A stretch of DNA of 64,000 nucleotides from an uncultured Chloroflexia bacterium. GTDB lineage: Bacteria; Chloroflexota; Dehalococcoidia; UBA2979. How positions within the stretch are numbered: the stretch's first letter is position 1; each line of letters begins with the position of its first letter. The position numbers and the translations under genes were made by a program. This document shows positions 59,175 to 64,000 of this stretch, one piece after another. The notes under the pieces are model-generated. The model was not told the origin of the DNA and searched no databases. It worked only from the letters and a program-made list of their open reading frames with translations. The stretch covers positions 576,001 to 640,000 of the forward strand of contig CAVSIV010000002.1 in assembly GCA_963728205.1 (NCBI GenBank). Reading direction: 5' to 3'.

Positions 59175-61223
59175 GTGACGTCGCAACAGCCCTCCGAAGA
59201 AACACACGTGAACGTGACAGTCAACGTAGCAGTGGAGGTTGCTCCGGCGGCGACGGGGGCCGCGCAGACGCGCCGTACCCGCTTCGAGTGGCCGTCGCTG
59301 ACCACGATGATCGTGATCGCGCTCGTCGTCGACGGGCTCGTGCTGCGCCTCGTCGACCTCGGCGTGCGCGCGATGCACCACGACGAGTCGCTGCACGCGA
59401 CGTACGCCTGGTACTTCGCGGAGGGTCGCGGCTACGTACACGACCCGTTGATGCACGGCCCGCTGCAGTTCCACCTGATCGCGGCGCTGTTCAAGCTGTT
59501 CGGCTCGAGCGAGTTCACGGCGCGGCTGCCGGCCGCGCTGCTCGGCACGGCGCTGATCGCCGCGCCGCTGCTGTTGCGCCGCTGGCTCGGCGGCGTCGGC
59601 ACCGTGGCGGCGGCGCTGTTCATCGCGCTGTCACCGACGCTGCTCTACTACTCGCGGTTCGCGCGCAACGACATGTTCATCGCGCTCTTCACGCTCCTCC
59701 TCGTGGTCGCCATCTGGCGGTACCGCGCCGACGGCCGCTTCCGCTGGCTGCTGCTACTGGCCGGCGCCGACGCGCTGATGTTCGCGACGAAGGAGACCAC
59801 CTACCTGACGGAGGCCGTCTTCCTGCTCTACCTCGAGGTCGTGCTGTGCGGGGCGTTCCTCGCGCAGTACCGCGCGGACCTGCCGGACGCGACGCGCAGC
59901 CAGCGCTGGGGCGCCGCGGTGGCGCTGCTGCCGACGGCGTGGCTGATCGCGGCGCTGTGGCCGCTGATCCCGCGCGAGCGCCGGCGCTTCGGGCTGCACA
60001 CGCTGCCGCGCGAGGGCGAGCTGCTGATCGTGCTCGGCGCGCTGTCGGCGACGCAGCTGAGCGCGCTCGTGCAGGTGCCGCTCAAGCATTTCGGCTACGT
60101 GCCGACGGGCGACACGCTGGTGCTGATCGGCAGCCTCACGGCGCTGGGCCTCGTGGGCGGCGGCGCGGTGATCGGGCTGCTGTGGGATCCCCGGCGGTTC
60201 GTGCTCTGCTTCGGGCTGTTCATGGCGATCACGATCCCGCTGTACACGACGCTCTTCACGAACCCCCAGGGCATCGTGACGGGCTTCTGGGGCGGGCTCG
60301 ACTACTGGCTGCAGCAGCAGGACGTGCGCCGCGGCGAGCAGCCCGGCTTCTACTACCTGATGCTGCTGCCGATCTACGAGCTGTGGATCCTCGTGCCCGG
60401 GCTGATCGGCGGGGCCTGGCTCGTGCTCAAGCGCGACCGCTTCGCGATGCTGCTCGCCTGGTGGTTCGTGGGGATCTTCGTCGCGCTGTCGTTCGCCGGC
60501 GAGAAGATGCCGTGGCTCACCGTGCATCTCGCGCTGCCGATGGCGCTGCTCGCGGCGTACTCGCTTGGACGTGCGCTGCCGTGGCTGCGCGACCGGCTCA
60601 GCGCGCCGCGCGTGTCGGCCGCAGCGTGGGGCGGCGCGGCGGCGACGACCGTGCTCGGCGTGGCGCTGCTGGCGCTGACCGTGCGCACGACGACGGCGCT
60701 CTCGTTCGGGCACCCGGACACGCCGATCGGCCCGATGATCTACACCCAGACCGCACCGGACGTGCCGGTCCTGAGCAAGCGGATCGTCTCCGCGCTGCAC
60801 GACCCGAACGGGCCGAAGTCGGTGGTGGTCGATACGACGGCATCCCTGACGTGGCCGTGGGCGTGGTATTTGCGCGACCAGACCGTCAGCTATTCGCCGC
60901 CGTCGCTGATCCAGCAGGGCGACGTGCCGCCGAACGCCATCCTGATCGTCGCGGACGGGACGCTCCCGCTCTCCAGCCCGCTGCGCCAGCAGTACGCGGC
61001 GCCGATCGAGTACCACCACCGCTGGTGGTTCCCCGAGGAGGGCTACCGGGCCGCGAACTTCCACAACGTCGCGCAGGGCCTACTCGACGGGTCGCTCGAG
61101 GGGAAGTGGTGGCACTTCATGCTGCACCGCATCGACGCCTCGCAGGTCGGATCGCTGAACGGGCAGGTGCTCTTCCCGCGGCCGGGCGCCGCCGGGTCGG
61201 GCGGGACCAACCCCGGGTCATAG
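59175..61223 (+). CDS. TIGR03663 / PMT-like (GT-C) membrane protein
   Basis: HHDESLH, YVHDPLMHGP, RLPAALLG, YYSRFARND, TKE, YWLQQQDVRRGEQP, EKMPWL; GAGAGGG SD before GTG 59175. Confidence 0.82.
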   Translation: MTSQQPSEETHVNVTVNVAVEVAPAATGAAQTRRTRFEWPSLTTMIVIALVVDGLVLRLVDLGVRAMHHDESLHATYAWYFAEGRGYVHDPLMHGPLQFHLIAALFKLFGSSEFTARLPAALLGTALIAAPLLLRRWLGGVGTVAAALFIALSPTLLYYSRFARNDMFIALFTLLLVVAIWRYRADGRFRWLLLLAGADALMFATKETTYLTEAVFLLYLEVVLCGAFLAQYRADLPDATRSQRWGAAVALLPTAWLIAALWPLIPRERRRFGLHTLPREGELLIVLGALSATQLSALVQVPLKHFGYVPTGDTLVLIGSLTALGLVGGGAVIGLLWDPRRFVLCFGLFMAITIPLYTTLFTNPQGIVTGFWGGLDYWLQQQDVRRGEQPGFYYLMLLPIYELWILVPGLIGGAWLVLKRDRFAMLLAWWFVGIFVALSFAGEKMPWLTVHLALPMALLAAYSLGRALPWLRDRLSAPRVSAAAWGGAAATTVLGVALLALTVRTTTALSFGHPDTPIGPMIYTQTAPDVPVLSKRIVSALHDPNGPKSVVVDTTASLTWPWAWYLRDQTVSYSPPSLIQQGDVPPNAILIVADGTLPLSSPLRQQYAAPIEYHHRWWFPEEGYRAANFHNVAQGLLDGSLEGKWWHFMLHRIDASQVGSLNGQVLFPRPGAAGSGGTNPGS

Positions 61224-61319
61224 CGCGGCTCGCCGGATCGCTGGCGGGTGTGGACCGCATGCCCGAGACTGGGTGAGCGCGTCCGCGCACCCCACGCACG
61301 TCGAGGAGGCACCCTGCAC

Positions 61320-62390
61320 ATGGCCCGCGCCCGCTCGCTCGTGCGAGTCGCGCTCGGACTCGGCGTCAGCGCACTCTTTCTCTTCCTCCTGCTGCGCCGG
61401 GTCGACCCCGGCGAGTTTGGCGACGCCATCCGCAGCATCCAGGCCGGCTGGCTGCTGCTCGCCGCGCCGATCTACCTGGCGGCGATGGTCACGCGCGCCC
61501 ATCGCTGGCGGCTCGTCCTGCGCCCGGCGATCGAGGTGTCGCTGCGCGACGCGACGTCGATCGTGGTGATCGGCTACTCCGCGAACAACCTGCTGCCGGC
61601 GCGTGTCGGCGAGGTGATGCGCGCGGTGTTGCTGCAGCGCCGCACGGGCGCGTCGCGGCTCACGGTGCTCGGGACGATCGTGGTCGAGCGCGTGTTCGAC
61701 GGGCTCGTGCTCACGCTCTTCCTCGTCCCGCCGCTCGCGCTGCGCGGCAGCACCGGCACGCTGCGCGCGCTCGCGTTCGTCGCGACGGGCATCTTCGTGA
61801 CGGCCGCGGTGGTGCTCGCGCTGCTCGCCGCGCGGCCGGAGCCGATGCACCGCTTCATCCACCGCGTGCTCGGACTGGCACCGGGCCGGCTGCGGCCGGC
61901 GTTGCGCGCGTGGACGGCGAGCTTCCTCTCCGGGCTCTCGCTGCTGCGCGGGCCGCGCGCGTGGGCCGGCGTCGCGCTGATGACGACGATCTCGTGGACG
62001 TGTGAGGCCGGCACGTACTGGATGGTGGGGCACGCGTTCGGGCTGGGGCTCGACCCGTGGCTCTACTTCGGCGTGTGCGGCGCGGCGAACCTCGCGATCA
62101 GCGCGCCTGCCGCCGGCGGGGTCGGCCCCTACGAGTTCTTCGCGAGCGCGGTCGTGGTCGCGTTCGGCGTGGGCATCAGCGTCGCGTCGGCGTACGCGCT
62201 GGCGCTGCATGCGTTGCTGCTCATCCCGACGACCGTGGCCGGCCTGGCGCTGCTGTGGCGCGAGCAGATCGGCATCGGCGCGCTGCGCCGCCAGGCCGCC
62301 GACGCATCCGCCCAGGCGCGCGCCGCGGAGAGCGGCGACAACGAGGCGCCCGACGCGCCGCTGGCGAGGGCAGAGGAGCCGACAACGTGA
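61320..62390 (+). CDS. UPF0104 / lysylphosphatidylglycerol synthase TM-like (flippase-like) protein
   Basis: RAHRW, GYSANNLLPARVGEVMR, TIVVERVFD, GGVGPYE; GAGGAGG SD. Confidence 0.88.
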   Translation: MARARSLVRVALGLGVSALFLFLLLRRVDPGEFGDAIRSIQAGWLLLAAPIYLAAMVTRAHRWRLVLRPAIEVSLRDATSIVVIGYSANNLLPARVGEVMRAVLLQRRTGASRLTVLGTIVVERVFDGLVLTLFLVPPLALRGSTGTLRALAFVATGIFVTAAVVLALLAARPEPMHRFIHRVLGLAPGRLRPALRAWTASFLSGLSLLRGPRAWAGVALMTTISWTCEAGTYWMVGHAFGLGLDPWLYFGVCGAANLAISAPAAGGVGPYEFFASAVVVAFGVGISVASAYALALHALLLIPTTVAGLALLWREQIGIGALRRQAADASAQARAAESGDNEAPDAPLARAEEPTT

Positions 62391-62469
62391 CGCCGTCGGT
62401 CACCGCGAGCGCGCCGAATGAAGGCGTCCGGGAGGGAACGAGCATGACGACGCCCGCAAGGGGACAGGC

Positions 62470-63825
62470 ATGAAGGTGATCGTCGTCGGCGGTGGCGTCG
62501 CGGGGCTCGCGGCCGCGTACGAGCTCGTGCGCGGCGGGCACGAGGTGTCGGTGTTCGAGGCGGGCCCGGTGTGGGGCGGCCAGGTGCGGACGTTCGACAT
62601 CGGCGGCGGGCGCATCGAGTGCTTCTACCACCACCTCTTCCGCTCGGACACCGAGATCATCCGCCTGATCGACGAGCTCGGCCTCGGGCCGGACCTGATG
62701 TGGATCGACTCGAACGTCGGCATCAACGCCGACGGCCGCAACTACCCGTTCGTCGGTCCCGTCGATCTGCTGCGCTTCGATCGGGTCTCGCTGCTCACGC
62801 GCCTGCGGCTCGGGCTGACCGCCGTGTGGCTGCGGCGCGTGGCCGACTACCAGCGCTACGAGGGCCAGCGGGCCTCGGAGTGGATCACGAGCCGCGTCGG
62901 CCGCGAGGGCTACGAGCGCGTGTGGGGGCCGCTGCTGCGCGCGAAGTTCGGGCAGTACGCGGACGACGTCTCGATGGTGTGGTTCTGGGGCAAGATCTAC
63001 CTGCGCTTCGCGTCGCGCGAGGGCGGACTGTTCGCGAAGGAGCAGCTCGGCTACCTGCGCGGCTCGTTCGGGCGACTCGTCGACGCGCTCGTCGAGACGC
63101 TGCAGGGGGCGGGCGCCGAGCTGCGCAGCGGCGCGCCCGTGGAGCGCATCGACGTCGACGGCGGCCGCGTCGCCGGCGTGACGCTCGCGGGCGGGCAGCG
63201 CGTGCCGGCGGACGCCGTGATCGCGACGGTGCCGTCGCACCTCTTCGCGCGCATGCTGCCCGAGCTGCCGACGCTCGACCCGCGCTACGCGGAGCTGCTG
63301 GGCCAGGTGCAGTACCAGTGGGCGACGGTGCTCGTGCTGGCGCTCGACCGCCCGCTGTCCGACATCTACTGGCTCACGATGACCGACGACGATTCCCCGT
63401 TTGTCGTCGCGGTCGAGCAGACGAACTTCGTCCCGCCGTCGACCTACGGCGGGCGGCACGTCGTGTACTTCTCGCGCTACGCGGATCCGGGAGACCCGAT
63501 CGTGGAGCAGGACGAGGAGCAGGTGCTGGCGGAGTACGAGCCGTACATCCGTCGCATCAACCCGGCGTTCGACCGCTCCTGGGTGACCGGGCGGTGGCTC
63601 TTCAAGGACCGGGCCGGGCAGCCAATCGTGCACGCGCGCTACCACGAGACGATCCCACCGCACCGCGCGCCGGCGGAGGGGCTGTACCTGGCGAACACGA
63701 CGCAGATCTACCCGGAGGACCGCGGCCAGAACTACTCGATTCGCATGGGGCGGCGGGTCGCGCGGCTGGCGCTGGCGGAGTACGAGCGCACGCAGTCGGG
63801 GCTGGACGCGGCGCCGGTCGACTGA
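62470..63825 (+). CDS. FAD-dependent oxidoreductase (amine oxidase / protoporphyrinogen-oxidase-like family)
   Basis: GGGVAGLAAA, FEAG..WGG, ECFYHHLF, PLLRAKFG, LGYLRGSF, QIYPEDRGQN. Confidence 0.88.
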   Translation: MKVIVVGGGVAGLAAAYELVRGGHEVSVFEAGPVWGGQVRTFDIGGGRIECFYHHLFRSDTEIIRLIDELGLGPDLMWIDSNVGINADGRNYPFVGPVDLLRFDRVSLLTRLRLGLTAVWLRRVADYQRYEGQRASEWITSRVGREGYERVWGPLLRAKFGQYADDVSMVWFWGKIYLRFASREGGLFAKEQLGYLRGSFGRLVDALVETLQGAGAELRSGAPVERIDVDGGRVAGVTLAGGQRVPADAVIATVPSHLFARMLPELPTLDPRYAELLGQVQYQWATVLVLALDRPLSDIYWLTMTDDDSPFVVAVEQTNFVPPSTYGGRHVVYFSRYADPGDPIVEQDEEQVLAEYEPYIRRINPAFDRSWVTGRWLFKDRAGQPIVHARYHETIPPHRAPAEGLYLANTTQIYPEDRGQNYSIRMGRRVARLALAEYERTQSGLDAAPVD

Positions 63826-63897
63826 GCGGTGCGCGTGGCGGCCGCAGGCCGGCGGGGGCCGGCGCCGGCCGTGCTTCCGCGAACCTGCGGGCTTGCC

Positions 63898-64000
63898 TAT
63901 AGTGAGGCGCGGCCGGCCGGGCCCGCGCGCGCGACCGCGCCGCGGCGGTCCCGGGCACGTCTACGGCCACGTCGAAAGAGAGCCGCCATGCCGCTGGAGA
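63898..64000 (+). other. Putative -10 (TATAGT) and start of the next CDS (ATG 63988), truncated by window end
   Basis: TATAGT at 63898-63903; purine-rich GAAAGAGAG before ATG 63988. Confidence 0.4.

Overview
Core-genome segment of a very GC-rich bacterium. Gene content and order suggest Chloroflexota, probably Dehalococcoidia-like (inference). Housekeeping content: glmU; alaS-[baseplate-J-like]-ruvX-mltG-aroE-orf-aroC-aroKB; moeA/mobB; pheS/pheT; infC-rpmI-rplT; accC/accB; T-box-thrS; three tRNAs (Val-GAC, Lys-CTT, Leu-TAG); oppD/oppF; lepA; fabV; large SRP RNA-rsmA-ispE; DnaQ-DinG; a tRNA nucleotidyltransferase; rnc-smc-ftsY; and a GT-C glycosylation cluster (DUF2298, TIGR03663-like, UPF0104 flippase-like, FAD oxidoreductase). 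No integrase, transposase, CRISPR array or prophage was seen. Most unusual items: (i) a membrane-anchored baseplate-J-like protein embedded in the alaS-ruvX-mltG operon; (ii) a small C4-H-C3 PHD-finger-like protein translationally coupled to the nucleotidyltransferase; (iii) a stand-alone histone-H1-like repeat protein clustered with an HTH-less Lrp domain and a small Zn-ribbon protein; (iv) a CtaG homologue lacking its conserved histidines; (v) a recurrent TACGAT-type -10 box marking probable leaderless genes; (vi) five single-base frameshifts that look like assembly errors. All family calls come from motif recognition by eye; no database search was run.
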